A DNA stretch of 64,000 nucleotides from Octopus sinensis (taxonomy: Eukaryota). Position numbers and translations under genes: made by a program. Under the pieces are notes generated by a model, which was not told the origin of the DNA, did not search any database, and saw nothing but the letters and a program-made list of their open reading frames with translations. The stretch is from positions 1,860,001 to 1,924,000 of the forward strand of contig NC_043018.1 in the NCBI RefSeq assembly GCF_006345805.1. Reading direction: 5' to 3'. This document shows positions 38,387 through 52,000 of this stretch, piece after piece. Every line of letters begins with the position of its first letter. Position 1 is the first letter of the stretch.

Positions 38387-38454
38387 TACATGTAAGTCCG
38401 TGCGTGATTGCTGCCAACTCTTTCTCCTCCGTCTTGGACTTTCATATTTTTCTC

Positions 38455-38489
38455 GTTTCCAAAGAAGAGCTATGCTCGAAACGTAAAAC
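38455..38489 (+). ncRNA. Degenerate minimal hammerhead
   Basis: gttt-CCAAAGA-a-gagc-tat-gctc-GAAA-cg-TA-aaac; U4 and G5 mutated, so probably inactive. Confidence 0.6.
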
Positions 38490-39135
38490 TAACACTCTTT
38501 TCCTTCTCTGGGCGTCTTATTAATACATTGTTTGTGATACTTTCACACGTTCATTTTTTTTCTTTGTCTCTGTGTTTTTTATAATTTGACTATATACATA
38601 TATTAAAATAATATAGATATATATTAATATATATTATATATATATATATATATATATCTATATATATATATATATAATATATATATATATAATATATATA
38701 ATATATATAATATATAAATATTTATATGTATGTATATATGTATATATATTTCCTCTCTGTTCTCTTACGGATTTCACAAATTTGATGGCGACACCAGTGA
38801 ATTTCACGCTAGTTCATGCTACTGCGCCAGCAATTAATATTTACATTTATATCCTGAAATTAGATAGTGCTTGAAGATCCATAGATTTTTCCGTGTGCAG
38901 CTAAGAAAAATGAACATTTCTATATCAAGAATATATAAGCAACAGTTGTGAGCAATGCATGAATGTTTTACTAAGGCCATTGTGCTTCGTAGAAAGAAAC
39001 AGGTTACAGCACCGATACCGTAGAGTTATGTTCACCAAAAACAAGCAGAGGGGGGAGCCTGCAGCGACAGGAGCTGGGGTGCCTAGTCTGATCACAACCT
39101 ATCAGCTGAATTTAGTAAATGCCTAAAGTATATAT

Positions 39136-39800
39136 ACTCTCTTTACTCTTTTACTCTTTTACTTGTTTCAGTCATTTGACTGCGGCCATGCCGGAGCACC
39201 GCCTTTAATCGAGCAACTCGACGCCGGGACTTATTCTTTTTGTAAGCCCAGTACTTATTCTATCGGTCTCTTTTTGCCGAACCGCTAAGTGACGGGGACA
39301 TAAACACACCAGCATCTGTTGTCAAGCAATGCTAGGGGGACAAACACAGACACACAAACACACACACGCATATATATATACATATATACGGCGGCGGTGA
39401 CCTGACAGAAACGTTAGCACGCCGGGCGAAATGCGTAGCCGTATTTCGTCCGCCGTTACGTTCTGAGTTCAAATTCCGCCGAGGTCGACTTTGCCTTTCA
39501 TCCTTTCGGGGTCGATAAATAAAGTACCAGTTACGCACTGGGATCGATGTAATCGACTTAATCCCTTTGTTTGTCCTTGTTTGTCCCCTCTGTGTTTAGC
39601 CCCTTGTGGGCAGTAAAGAAATATATATACATATATACGACGGGCTTCTTTCCGTTTCCGTCTACCAAATCCACTCACAAGGCTTTGGTCGGCCCGAGGC
39701 TATAGTAGAAGACACTTACCCAGGGTGCCACGCAGCGGGACTGAACCCAGAACCATGTGGTTGGTAACCAAGCTACTTACCACACAGCCACTCCTACGCC
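39136..39800 (-). mobile_element. Family B SINE, full length, interrupted by a nested family A SINE
   Basis: Matches 46464-46877 once the 39391-39620 insert is removed. Confidence 0.88.
39391..39620 (+). mobile_element. Young family A SINE with 19-bp TSD
   Basis: Near-consensus body; direct repeat atatatatacatatatacg at 39372-39390 and 39621-39639. Confidence 0.92.
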
Positions 39801-40776
39801 TATATACATACGTATGTGTGTGTGTGTGTATGTGTGTGAGTGTGTGTGTGTGCATGTATGTACAAATGCTTGAATATCCTTAAATATGTATACTCTCAGT
39901 ATCTTCTTCCTCTTAAACTTGAAAGTCAAACCGAATATTAGAAAAAACGAGTATTCCCCTTTCTGTTAACTATTCCCGTAATTAATCCTTGAATATTCAA
40001 ATAATATCAGAATAATTCTAGGCAAAGCAAGGTATAATCCAAATATTCAAGTTCGATATATATATGAAAGAATTTAAAATAATATAAAATGATGTTTCCT
40101 TACAAATCGTTGAGGCTTAATGCTAAACCAGTCGAGTAACACACTCCGCTTATTTCAATGGCTTACACTAATGGTTTGTATAATTATATCAACGATATTG
40201 CTTACAATCCTATTCTGACTATAACCACTACAATTTCCGTTCTTCTTATCAACCTGCTTGAAGATTTCGCAGTGAAATGTTACATGTGATCTTTGAAGGT
40301 ATTGTAAGTCTTTCCGTCTTCTTAAGCATTTTCTTTCAATTATCCAGTATATTTTAGCTCGATAACTGTAAGTTTGTTCGATAACTGATTTCAATATACT
40401 AGCGGTTTCTTTGAGTTTTCTTCCGTTTGTGAAATATTATTTACTAGTTTATTAAAAGTGTGTATATATCTAGATAATATATGTCGTTTTGTTTCGTTTT
40501 TTTTTTTATTTAATCGGTAAAGAACTTCTGTTTGATTGCGTTAATGGATTTCTGACGGCGTTGGATTTGTGCTAAACACTATTTTTGTGCAACAAGAATC
40601 TTATAAGGTGTGTAATGCAATACAAAGCCATACAATCTGTTCCACTCTCAGCCGGCTGACCGATACAGTATCCACTTGGCTACGATATCATTGAACTATT
40701 CTTAATGTAAGATATACTTACGCAAGAATATAAGTAGTATATATATGTATATATAATACATATATGTATACATATG

Positions 40777-40823
<47 letters not shown>

Positions 40824-41275
40824 TATTTTCTCATATGTTTCAACATTCATTCATTATTTCTCTCACTCTGGCTCTCTCACTTTCTCTATTGCTTCCTCTC
40901 TCTCTCTCTCGCCTTCTGTCCCTCTCTCGCTCCCCTTTCTCTCTCTATCTCTATCTCTCTCTCTGTCTCTCTTCCTGTCGCTTTTACTAGTTCTCTCTAT
41001 CTCTTCTCTCTTTCTCTCTCAGTTACTCACTCTCGTTCTTTCACACGCAGACACACTTCTACTCTCTCATCCCACACAAATTTCATTCTTGCGTCATATC
41101 TCATCTCCATACTCTCTCTTATTCTCTGCGTGTATACATACATACACACATACATTTATACATTTATACATATATGCACAAACACATACGCATACACACA
41201 CATATATGCATATACACATATATATATATATATACAGTTAAAATTATATATATATATATACATGTATATATATAC

Positions 41276-41306
<31 letters not shown>

Positions 41307-41342
41307 CATTCATACATAGAATATATAAATTTATATATATAA

Positions 41343-41390
<48 letters not shown>

Positions 41391-41530
41391 AGAAATATAT
41401 GTGTGATCATATATTATATATATATATATATGCATACATTTATAAATATTTGCACATCCATACACGCAAATACACACTAATTATACATGCATATATATAC
41501 ATGTATAATTATGAATATATAAATTATATA

Positions 41531-41576
<46 letters not shown>

Positions 41577-41617
41577 TATATATATATGTACGTATACATT
41601 CATACATAGCTATATAA

Positions 41618-41669
<52 letters not shown>

Positions 41670-41679
41670 CGGGAAGCTT

Positions 41680-41770
41680 TATGAAAATAAACAAAAGACG
41701 AAGGCAGGTGGAAAACAACGAACAATTGTATTAGTATGGCCCTCAGGAAATATAAATAAAACAAGTCTTT
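41680..41770 (-). mobile_element. PLE-type tail fragment truncated by (TA)n
   Basis: tattagtatggccctcaggaaatataaataaaacaagtcttt resembles the flank of the 61353-61433 family; no hammerhead left. Confidence 0.4.
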
Positions 41771-41819
41771 ATATATATATTATATATATACATACTTGTA
41801 TAGAAATATATGTGTGATC

Positions 41820-41852
<33 letters not shown>

Positions 41853-42253
41853 TGCAGAGAGGTTAAAAGTAGGGATATGTCAAATTCAGCGTTAACACTC
41901 TATAAACCAATTCTAAAACTTCCATGCAGCGCGTGATTGAAATCACATCTTTACAAATACGTGACACTTACAACATACGATAAGTGTTGTATGATAAGCG
42001 CAAGAGGCTACATGCAAAGTTATACTGAGCGAGTTCTCATTTGGTTAAGGGAAGTTTGTACACATCACACATATTTACATTGAATGGTGCTCGGAAATTC
42101 GGACATTCCAATACTCATACAAGAAACATACCAAGGATATTCGTATACGAAAGCATATACATGTGTGTATGAGTGTGTCTATGTGTGTGCAAACACACAG
42201 AGACACACATATTACACCCACACATGAATATATGTACATGTATGTATGTTATA

Positions 42254-42299
<46 letters not shown>

Positions 42300-42301
<2 letters not shown>

Positions 42302-42471
42302 GTAAAATAATATGTGACAATTATACAAAAGCCAAGATAAAACTCTGAGTTTCGGATGCCGAGGTGGAAATCCACAACACACCATCTCTTCGGTTATCTG
42401 GGCATCTCTTCTATTTACATAATATTGAGGTCTCTTTCTTTGTTTTGTTATCTTACCGTTTTACCAATATG

Positions 42472-42475
<4 letters not shown>
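42300..42475 (-). mobile_element. Self-inverted PLE-type mini-element with near-intact hammerhead (42335-42399, minus)
   Basis: agataa-CCGAAGA-gatg..catc-c-GAAA-ctc-a-gag-TT-ttatct; the right part (42406-42475) is the opposite-orientation extreme tail seen at 29003-29060. Confidence 0.7.
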
Positions 42476-42502
<27 letters not shown>

Positions 42503-42709
42503 ATTTCAAAAACTCGTAGGTGTTTAAAATACATATATAGCAAAGTAGTTTCGACAATATTTTTTGTTTATCGATGATAAAAGTTTAAAATTAGAAAATG
42601 ACATCTTTAAAATTTTCAACGTTGACAAATTTAATGTCTTATATTGATATTGATAATAGAAATAAATTTCAAAGACTACATGTGGTTCCCCTATATCTAT
42701 CTATATCTA

Positions 42710-42748
<39 letters not shown>

Positions 42749-42796
42749 TATACATATATATACATACATACATATACATACATGCTTGCATACATG

Positions 42797-42827
<31 letters not shown>

Positions 42828-43213
42828 CATGTATACATACATACATACATACATACATACATACATACATACATACATACATACATACACACATACATAC
42901 ATACATACATACATGTTTTCGGTGGCATGGAGAGGGGAGGCTAGTATGCATGGGCAGCTGCTGGTCTTTCAACAACAAACTTGCCCGGACGTGTGCCTTG
43001 GAGGGGAACCTTCTCGGTGCAATCCCGTTGCCATTTATGGCCAAAGGGTGTCTAAAATATATGTAATTTATCTAATATATAAACCAGGTTAGATCTCAGC
43101 TTCTCGGCGTTAGAGAGACTAATTAAAATGGAAAAAATGAACATCCAGCTGTGAATGTTTTAAAGTCGTTGCTGTTCTCTGCTTGCGATCTATTAGTTAT
43201 TTTAGGTTAGTTA

Positions 43214-43385
43214 ATCTCCGCCACTAGACACAAAGTCGATATCTTCTACCGAGCGTTTACCCTGGTGACTGACCATGAAATGACCTCTAGATACAAGATA
43301 GTTTACTGTACGAGAACAAAAGCCAATATGAGCCAAATGCCGGCTTCTATTTATGACATCACCTGCCAAAGCCTCCCCGTTTAAG
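43214..43385 (+). pseudogene. Possible Ty3/Gypsy RNase H relic
   Basis: Open frame ...FYRAFTLVTDHEMTSRYKIVYCTRTKAN...; FTLVTDH and YKIVY recall the Gypsy RNase H motifs FxxxTDH and YxIxY. Confidence 0.35.
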
Positions 43386-44209
43386 AATAATGGTGACCTC
43401 TTGCGGAGCAGCATTGTGGATAAGTGAACTCCGCGAAAGAGCAGCCTACACTCTCACAATGTCTCTTATTCGATATTGTGTGGAGGTAACTACTTGAGAC
43501 TAATGTTTGCAATCAATAAGATTCGTAAAGGTATTATTGCTGCCCTCTTTGGGGCAGGAGATATATTTTCTGTTAGCTAAACAATGATTTGAAAGAAGAG
43601 TATTTCGAACACGCCAACGAGGTTTAAATCAATTTACTTACACGATGTTAACTGAAGTTGTATTGAAAATTATTTTATCTTTTATCATTTAAATCTTTCA
43701 GTCGTGGGACTTTGCTGCTACGTTACGTGGATGTAACAATTTCCTAGTGCGAAATGTAGTGTGAATGGATTCGGAACGAAATGGTTGGGGAGCAAAATTT
43801 TTACCACAAAGCCACGCCGACGGCAGCACGGCTGCGCCTACGCCCTAAAAGCTGGGCCTGTTTATATAAGATTGCGTAGCAAGCATCACGTTTTACTTTG
43901 GGGAAGTTCGTTACCTTCATTGTACACCAAACTAAGACGTATCCGTTTCGTATGTAACATTTAGGTTAGATTAGAAATTAATAATTAAGCATGATGAAGA
44001 ATAAATAAAATGTGCAAAACGATGTGAAGTTCTGTACTTAGTGATTTCAGTATAGAATAAGTGTTGGTCGGTATTTCTGATTATTCGAAAACTATTCCAC
44101 AACGAGTCGCCATTTAAATAGTCAACGTCTTTTTAAGATCTGATACCAACTTAAATCAATAAATAAAACAATAATCAGATTTAAATATGTACGTGTACGT
44201 GCGATTATG

Positions 44210-44293
<84 letters not shown>

Positions 44294-44456
44294 TACATAT
44301 ATATATATAGTATATATAGTAATATAATAGTATATATGTTGTGTGTGTGTATACGTATTCATATATAAATATACATATATATACAATAATATAGTATATA
44401 TATGTGTATATTTATATATGTATATATATATATATTATATATATATATATATATAC

Positions 44457-44650
44457 TTTATTTAAAGCAGCAGAAAATTCAACAAAACCTGTTACTCTGA
44501 GTTTCCTGTTGCCGTTCATCGGACAGTTTTTGATGAACAGCACGGGAACTCAGAGTAACAGGTTTTGTTGAATTTTCTGCTGCTTTAAATAAAGCATATT
44601 ACTCTACCACTGGTATTTGAGTACTCTTTTTTCCACCTTGTTTCACATTT
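44457..44650. mobile_element. Head-to-head inverted pair of PLE-type tails with degenerate hammerheads
   Basis: 44457-44506 pairs with 44544-44593; minus strand ctgt-CCGATGA-acggcaacag-GAAA-ctcagag-TA-acag (44489-44526). Confidence 0.75.
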
Positions 44651-44816
44651 ATGTTTTACTCCGGTATATATATATATATATATATAAGCACATATATCTC
44701 GATACATACATATATGGGGCACGTATTTGGATATATATAGTATAAAGTAAAAAAATAGGACACGCATGCACACACTCACACACACATACACTCATATACA
44801 TATATAAATGTATGTG

Positions 44817-44864
<48 letters not shown>

Positions 44865-44877
44865 GATAGATAGATAA

Positions 44878-44948
<71 letters not shown>

Positions 44949-45265
44949 TAAAGAGACATATAAGTGCGTGTGAGAGCTTCTATACGTATGCACACACGTT
45001 TATATATGGTGTAATTTAATAAATGTATAAAAACATTTTTTTTAAATCAACTAATCCAAGCGTCAAAGATGAGATTTTCAATAAATATAAATATTTCTCG
45101 AGGCTTGTTGTAAACATATACAGACAAGGCACTGAATAATTCAACCCATAACGACACAACTTGACTTATGCATATTATTCAACCTGCTCTCTCTTTAACT
45201 TCCATTTAACCGTAGTTTGCTGTTTTAGAAAGCAGCAAACTCTTATATATATTTATATATGTGTA

Positions 45266-45311
<46 letters not shown>

Positions 45312-45334
45312 TATATATATAGAGAGAGAGAGAG

Positions 45335-45560
45335 AGATGTACTTGCATAGCAAGTGACTTGATCTGAGATCGTGTGCTGAAGTAAAAGCAATTGCTGCGT
45401 GGAAGATGTTTGTAACACATTTAAGATTTTTTGTCAGCGAACAGGCTGCGGTTTGAAACGGCGAAAATATTTTGACGCAAATTATATTGAATTTTGAAGT
45501 GAATCCAACGGTTTTTGTTGCGGTTCTTTAGTGGCTTAGAAACGTCTTCGACGCTGCAAG
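45335..45560. mobile_element. Diverged self-inverted copy of the 28487-28825 family
   Basis: gagatgtacttgcatagcaagtgacttgatctgagatcgtgtgctgaa (inverted tail), then ttttgtca-GCGAACA-g-gctg..cggc-GAAA-atat-tt-tgac (~45428-45476). Confidence 0.75.
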
Positions 45561-45561
45561 T

Positions 45562-45642
<81 letters not shown>

Positions 45643-45742
45643 TATTTTTATATATATATATATACATATATGTAGACACACACACAGACAAACACACACA
45701 TACACAGACACACATGCACACACACATATATATATATATATA

Positions 45743-45915
45743 GGCACAGGAGTGGATGTGTGGTAAGAGGCTTGTGGGCAGTAAAGAAATAAGAAGCTGT
45801 TTCGGGGTTCCGTCCCACTTCCTGGCACCTTGAGCAAGTGTCTTGTATTATAGTCTCGGGCCGACCAAAGCCTTGTGGGTGGATTTGGTAGACGGAAACT
45901 GAAGGAAGCCCGTCT
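45743..45915 (+). mobile_element. Family B SINE 5' part
   Basis: ggcacaggagtggatgtgtggtaag...gggccgaccaaagccttgtgggtggatttggtagacggaaactgaaggaagcccgtc. Confidence 0.8.
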
Positions 45916-45953
45916 TATATATATATATATATATATATATGGATGGATGGATG

Positions 45954-46135
45954 TACGAGGGGCGTTCAATAAGTAATGCCCCTGACCCACTTCCCATAGC
46001 AGTAGAGCAACGAAACTTGGTACAGTTATTAGTCTTTTTCTACATAGGAACCATCCAGAGTTACGCATTTCTGCCATTGTTTGATCCAACAACTGCAAGT
46101 GGGTCAGAGGCATTACTTATTGAACGTCCCTCGTA
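45954..46135. mobile_element. Mariner-type MITE
   Basis: 37-bp TIR cgaggggcgttcaataagtaatgcccctgacccactt (2 mismatches), TA TSD at 45954-45955 and 46134-46135. Confidence 0.92.
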
Positions 46136-46463
46136 TATATTTGTCTGTGTATCTGTACTTGTCACTCCACCATTGTTTCACAACCGATGTTGGTATGGTT
46201 ACATCCCCGTAACCTGGCGGTTCGGAAAAAGGGAGTTTCCATCCGCTTACAAAGGATAAAACCTGGGATCGTGCTAGTTTATGCATTTTATTTGTGTTTG
46301 AGTGTTTGTACAAAATTGTGGAGTTCCGCATATTTTGGCCTCACACTGTAGGGTTTCATGGGGTTTGGGATTCATACGATTGTGCAAATATGGATTCGGT
46401 AAACAATGTGATGTCACATGCCTAACGCACATACATGTGTGTAATGATGGAATACAGATTAGG

Positions 46464-46877
46464 TTTACTCTTTACTCTTTTACTTGTTTCAGTCATTTGA
46501 CTGCGGCCATGCTGGAGCACCGCCTTTAGTCGAGCAAATCGAACCCAGGACTTATCCTTTGTAAGCCCAGTACTTATTCTATCGGTCTCTTTTGCCGAAC
46601 CGCTAAGTGACGTGGACGTAAACACACCAGCATCGGTTGTCAAGCAATGCTAGAGGGACAAACACAGACACACAAACATATACACACACACACTTATATA
46701 TATATACATATATATGACAGGCTTCTTTCAGTTTCCGTCTACCAAATCCACTCACAAGACTTTGGTCGGCCCGAGGCTATAGCAGAAGACACTTGCCCAA
46801 GATGCCACGCAGTGGGACTGAATCCGGAACCATGTGGTTGGTTAGCAACCTACTTACCACACAGCCACTCCTGCGCC
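46464..46877 (-). mobile_element. Family B SINE, full length
   Basis: Head ggcgcaggagtggctgtgtggtaag, internal (TA)/(CA) repeat, tail ggcggtgctccagcatggccgcagtcaaatgactgaaacaagtaaaagagtaaagagtaa. Confidence 0.9.
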
Positions 46878-47342
46878 TATGTTTGTCGAGGATATATTTA
46901 TTTTATGCATAATGTTTATTTAATGTATATAATTGATGTCCAGAGAGAACAACTTATCCAGTTTAGAAAGTTTGCAGCGTGTACGGGGCCCATGCTTTAG
47001 AATTTGATCTATGAATTGCTGCTTGTAAAAGCAAGGACAGGGGAAAAGCATTTCTGATTGTTAAAACGTTTCCTGTTGATGTTATGATATTTAGACTTTC
47101 AGTGATGTACATTACTGTTCCCTGTAATTATTTGCCTTACCTGTGGGCTTTGCTCATGCCTCTCTCTTTAAGTGCCCTTACTATACGGGATAAAATTTAT
47201 GTGTTGCGTTTCTTTTTATCTCTGAACGAAACGAAAAGCTCTGTACATATTCCTTTAAAGGCATTTTCCCTCATACCAATGTATTTTCTACTGTTCACTT
47301 CCACTCCGTAATGCAGGCATTGTACACTAATTCTTTTCCCAG

Positions 47343-47513
47343 GTACCTATTGTTCAGGAAACAGCTGTCCAGAGACCCACAATTACAGGATCTTTCGGAG
47401 ATATACCTAATGTCGGTAGTTTAATTGTTGTTGACTGTAAGCTACCCGATATTGGGGAAGCAAATATAGCTAAACTTTATCCTCATTTCTATCGACGATT
47501 TTGTGGTAGTTAT
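47343..47513 (+). CDS. Candidate 171-nt coding exon, unidentified protein
   Basis: Acceptor aattcttttcccAG, donor GTGAGT, open phase-0 frame VPIVQETAVQRPTITGSFGDIPNVGSLIVVDCKLPDIGEANIAKLYPHFYRRFCGSY; no family recognised. Confidence 0.35.
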
Positions 47514-47609
47514 GTGAGTGAGGGAATATTAATAGGAATCCCAGGCAAATTTTAAACTTAAACTAACCAAATATACCTAAGCATGACACTGCGCTAAGAA
47601 TAATACTTA

Positions 47610-47990
47610 ACAAAAATAGGATTCAAGGTTCAGTCCCAATACACGGCAACTTGGTTAGGTGTCTTCTACTATAGCCTCAGGTCAACCAAAGTCCTGTGAG
47701 AGGATTTGGTTGACAGAAACTGAAGGAAACCCGTCGTGTATGTATATATGTATGTACATGCGTGTGTGTGTGTGTGTGTGTATGTGTGTCTGAGTACGTG
47801 CTCATGTCTCTGTGACTGTATTTGTCCCCCTATCCACCACTACGACTTGATATCCTGTGTTAGTATGTTTACTTCCTCGTAGCGAGCTTTAAAAATAGTG
47901 CTGGAGTAGATTCATTCAAATAAAAATTCTTCAAGATGGTGCCCCAGTATGGCCGGAGGTAAAATGACTGGAACAAGTAAAAAAAGAAGA
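47610..47990 (+). mobile_element. Family B SINE, diverged
   Basis: ggttcagtcccaatacacggcaacttggttaggtgtcttctactatagcctcagg...ccagtatggccggaggtaaaatgactggaacaagtaaaa. Confidence 0.7.
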
Positions 47991-48044
47991 CAGAAGACGT
48001 ATACAATATGTGATATATATCATAACACAGATGAATAGATAGAC

Positions 48045-48114
<70 letters not shown>

Positions 48115-48155
48115 GTAGATGGATAGATACATACATACATACATACATACATACA

Positions 48156-48188
<33 letters not shown>

Positions 48189-48319
48189 GCATACATACAT
48201 GGACGGACAGACAAATAGATAGATATTTATATATGCATGCTCACGTCAGACTTTGCTGACGTCCTTGTCAACAATGGCCGCAATCGCACGTAAATTGCAG
48301 GGAAAGGAAAAAGAAGACA

Positions 48320-48512
48320 ATGGTGGTGGCGGTGGCGGTGGTGGTGGCGGCGGCGGTGGTGGTGGTGGTGGTGGTGGTGGTGGTGGTTGTGGTGGTGGTG
48401 GTGGTGGTGGTGGTGGTGGCGGCGGCGGATTGTGGCGGTGGAGGTGGTGGTGATGGTGGCGGCGGCGGCGGCGGCGGTGGTGGTGGTGGTGGTGGTGGTG
48501 GTGGTGGTGGTG
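48320..48512. repeat. (GGT/GGC)n microsatellite
   Basis: Direct reading; poly-G/P/T ORFs are artefacts. Confidence 0.95.
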
Positions 48513-49022
48513 TAGAAGAGGGGGAAACAGACAGCGAGAGAATTAGAAATATGTTAGGGTGATGACCAATGCGTATACGAAATAAATGAAGAGAAGGAAT
48601 ATCGAATGAAGAAAAGAGATGGGAAGAAACCTTCCGAAAGTAATCGATCGATCTGAGATTATTCACAAGTCCAGCCGCCGATCGAGAAAGTCACGTGTCT
48701 ATATACACAACAAGAGAAAGTGACATGAACATATATTCATCTGCGCACACATACACACATACATGTGTGTATGTTTGTGTAAGTTGGCATTTGACACATG
48801 CTATACGATATGCATACACACATATATATGTATATATATACACATATATATATATATACATATATATATATGTATATATACGTGCGTGCGTATGAGTGTC
48901 TATATATATATGCACGTATATGCACACACATATACGTATATATGTATGTACATATATATATACACGTATATGCACCACACATATACGTATATATGTATGT
49001 ACATATATATATATTATACACG

Positions 49023-49057
<35 letters not shown>

Positions 49058-49061
<4 letters not shown>

Positions 49062-52000
49062 ACATTAAGGATAATCTCTTAATAAGGGATCTTAACAAGA
49101 AATTATCGGGTAGCTAGCGTGAAAACCTCATAAAAGAAAAGAATCCGAAAATAATTTTTTTCTTTTGAACAAATTAATTATATCTATATTGTATAAAGGG
49201 CATTATTACACATAAATGCCTCACACTAGAGGGACAAAGTCATTACTACCAAAAATTATACTAATCATACCCAAATGCAGTTTTTCAAAGCAAGACATTT
49301 AAAAATGAATTATTTTCTGTATCACCGTGATTTCACATACAACTTGCGTCTAATGATCCTCAGCAGAACTGATTCTGAATACTCATAAATAACCAACCTT
49401 ATGTAGCGAAGACGAACAGACAACTGTTCACTCCGGCCAAGCAATGGAATGTTTTATAATCATATATCCGGTAAATGGCGGGCTTTTTACGAACTGCATG
49501 TCGGGTAATGAAAAGTATTTCGGAATAAGTTTAACAATAAGGATAATCTCTTAATAAGGGATCTTAACAAGAAATTATCGGGTAGCTAGCGTGAAAACCT
49601 CATAAAAGAAAAGAATCCGAAAATAATTTTTTTCTTTTGAACAATTAATTATATATCTATATTGTATAAAGGGCATTATTACACATAAATGCCTCACACT
49701 AGGAGGGACAAAGTCATTACTACCAAAAATTATACTAATCATACCCAAATGCAGTTTTTCAAAGCAAGACATTAAAAATGAATTATGTTCTGTATCACCG
49801 TGATTTCACATACAACTTGCGTCTAATGATCCTCAGCAGAACTGATTCTGAATACATCATAAATAAACCAACCTTATGTAGCGAAGACGAACAGACAACT
49901 GTTCCGTCCGGCCAAGCACATGGAATGTTTATAAATCATATATCCGGTAAATGGCGGGCTTTTTACGAACTGCATGTCGGGTAATGAAAAGTATTTCGGA
50001 ATAAGTTTAACAATTAAGGATAATCTCTTAATAAGGGATCTTAACAAGAAATTATCGGGTAGCTAGCGTGAAAACCTCATAAAAGAAAAGAATCCGAAAA
50101 TAATTTTTTTCTTTTGAACAAATTAATTATATCTATATGTATAAAGGGCATTATTACACATAAATGCCTCACACTAGGAGGGACAAAGTCATTACTACCA
50201 AAAATTATACTAATCATACCCAAATGCAGTTTTTCAAAGCAAGACATTTAAAAATGATTATGTTCTGTATCACCGTGATTTCACATACAACTTGCGTCTA
50301 ATGATCCTCAGCAGAACTGATTCTGAATACATCATAAATAAACCAACCTTATGTAGCGAAGACGAACAGACAACTGTTCACACTCCGGCCAAGCACATGG
50401 AATGTTTATAAATCATATATCCGGTAAATGGCGGGCTTTTTACGAACTGCATGTCGGGTAATGAAAAGTATTTCGGAATAAGTTTAACAATTAAGGATAA
50501 TCTCTAATAAGGGATCTTAACAAGAAATTATCGGGTAGCTAGCGTGAAAACCTCATAAAAGAAAAAAGAATCCGAAAATATTTTTTTCTTTTGAACAAAT
50601 AATTATATCTATATTGTATAAAGGGCATTATTACACATAAATGCCTCACACTAGGAGGGACCAAGTCATTACTACAAAAATTATACTAATCATACCCAAT
50701 GCAGTTTTTCAAAGCAAGACATTTAAAAATGATTATGTTCTGTATCACCGTGATTTCACATACAACTTGCGTCTAATGATCCTCAGCAGAACTGATTCTG
50801 AATACATCATAAATAAACCAACCTTATGTAGCGAAGACGAACAGACAACTGTTCACTCCGGCCAAGCACATGGAATGTTTATAAATCATATATCCGGTAA
50901 ATGGCGGGCTTTTTACAACGACTGCATGTCGGGTAATGAAAAGTATTTCGGAATAAGTTTAACAATTAAGGATAATCTCTTAATAAGGGATCTTAACAAG
51001 AAATTATCGGGTAGCTAGCGTGAAAACCTCATAAAAGAAAAGAATCCGAATAATTTTTTTCTTTTGAACAAATTAATTATATCTATATTGTATAAAGGGC
51101 ATTATTACACATAAATGCCTCACACTAGGAGGGACAAAGTCATTACTACCAAAAATTATACTAATCATACCCAAATGCAGTTTTTCAAAGCAAGACATTT
51201 AAAAATGAATTATGTTCTGTATCACCGTGATTTCACATACAACTTGCGTCTAATGATCCTCAGCAGAACTGATTCTGAATACATCATAAATAAACAACCT
51301 TATGTAGCGAAGACGAACAGACAACTGTTCACAGGCTCCGGCCAGCACATGGAAGTGTTATAAATCATATATCCGGTAAAGGGCGGGCTTTTTACGAACT
51401 GCATGTCGGGTAATGAAAAGTATTTCGGAATAAGTTTAACAATTAAGGATAATCTCTTAATAAGGGATCTTAACAAGAAATTATCGGGTAGCTAGCGTGA
51501 AAACCTCATAAAAGAAAAGAATCCGAAAATAATTTTTTTCTTTTGAACAAATAATTATATCTATATTGTAAGGGCATTATTACACATAAATGCCTCACAC
51601 TAGGAGGGACAAAGTCATTACTACCAAAAATTATACTAATCATACCCAATGCAGTTTTTCAAAGCAACATTTAAAAATGAATTATGTTCTGTATCACCGT
51701 GATTTCACATACAACTTGCGTCTAATGATCCTCAGCAGAACTGATTCTGAATACATCATAAATAAACCAACCTTATGTAGCGAAGACGAACAGACAACTG
51801 TTCACTCCGGCCAAGCACATGGAATGTTTATAAATCATATATCCGGTAAATGGCGGGCTTTTTACGAACTGCATGTCGGGTAATGAAAAGTATTTCGGAA
51901 TAAGTTTAACATTAAGGATAATCTCTTAATAAGGGATCTTAACAAGATTATCGGGTAGCTAGCGTGAAAACCTCATAAAAGAAAAGAATCCGAAAATAAT

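Noticed and set aside
48600-48660. ggaag/cttcc hairpin followed by GAAA
   Set aside because: No CUGANGA-like half or stem I upstream.
49460-49495. ccggtaaatggcg similarity to the HDV ribozyme P4/J4-2 region, and gcgggcttttt as a terminator
   Set aside because: HDV J4/2 and P1-P3 pseudoknot could not be built; no upstream arm for a terminator hairpin and no Pol III boxes.
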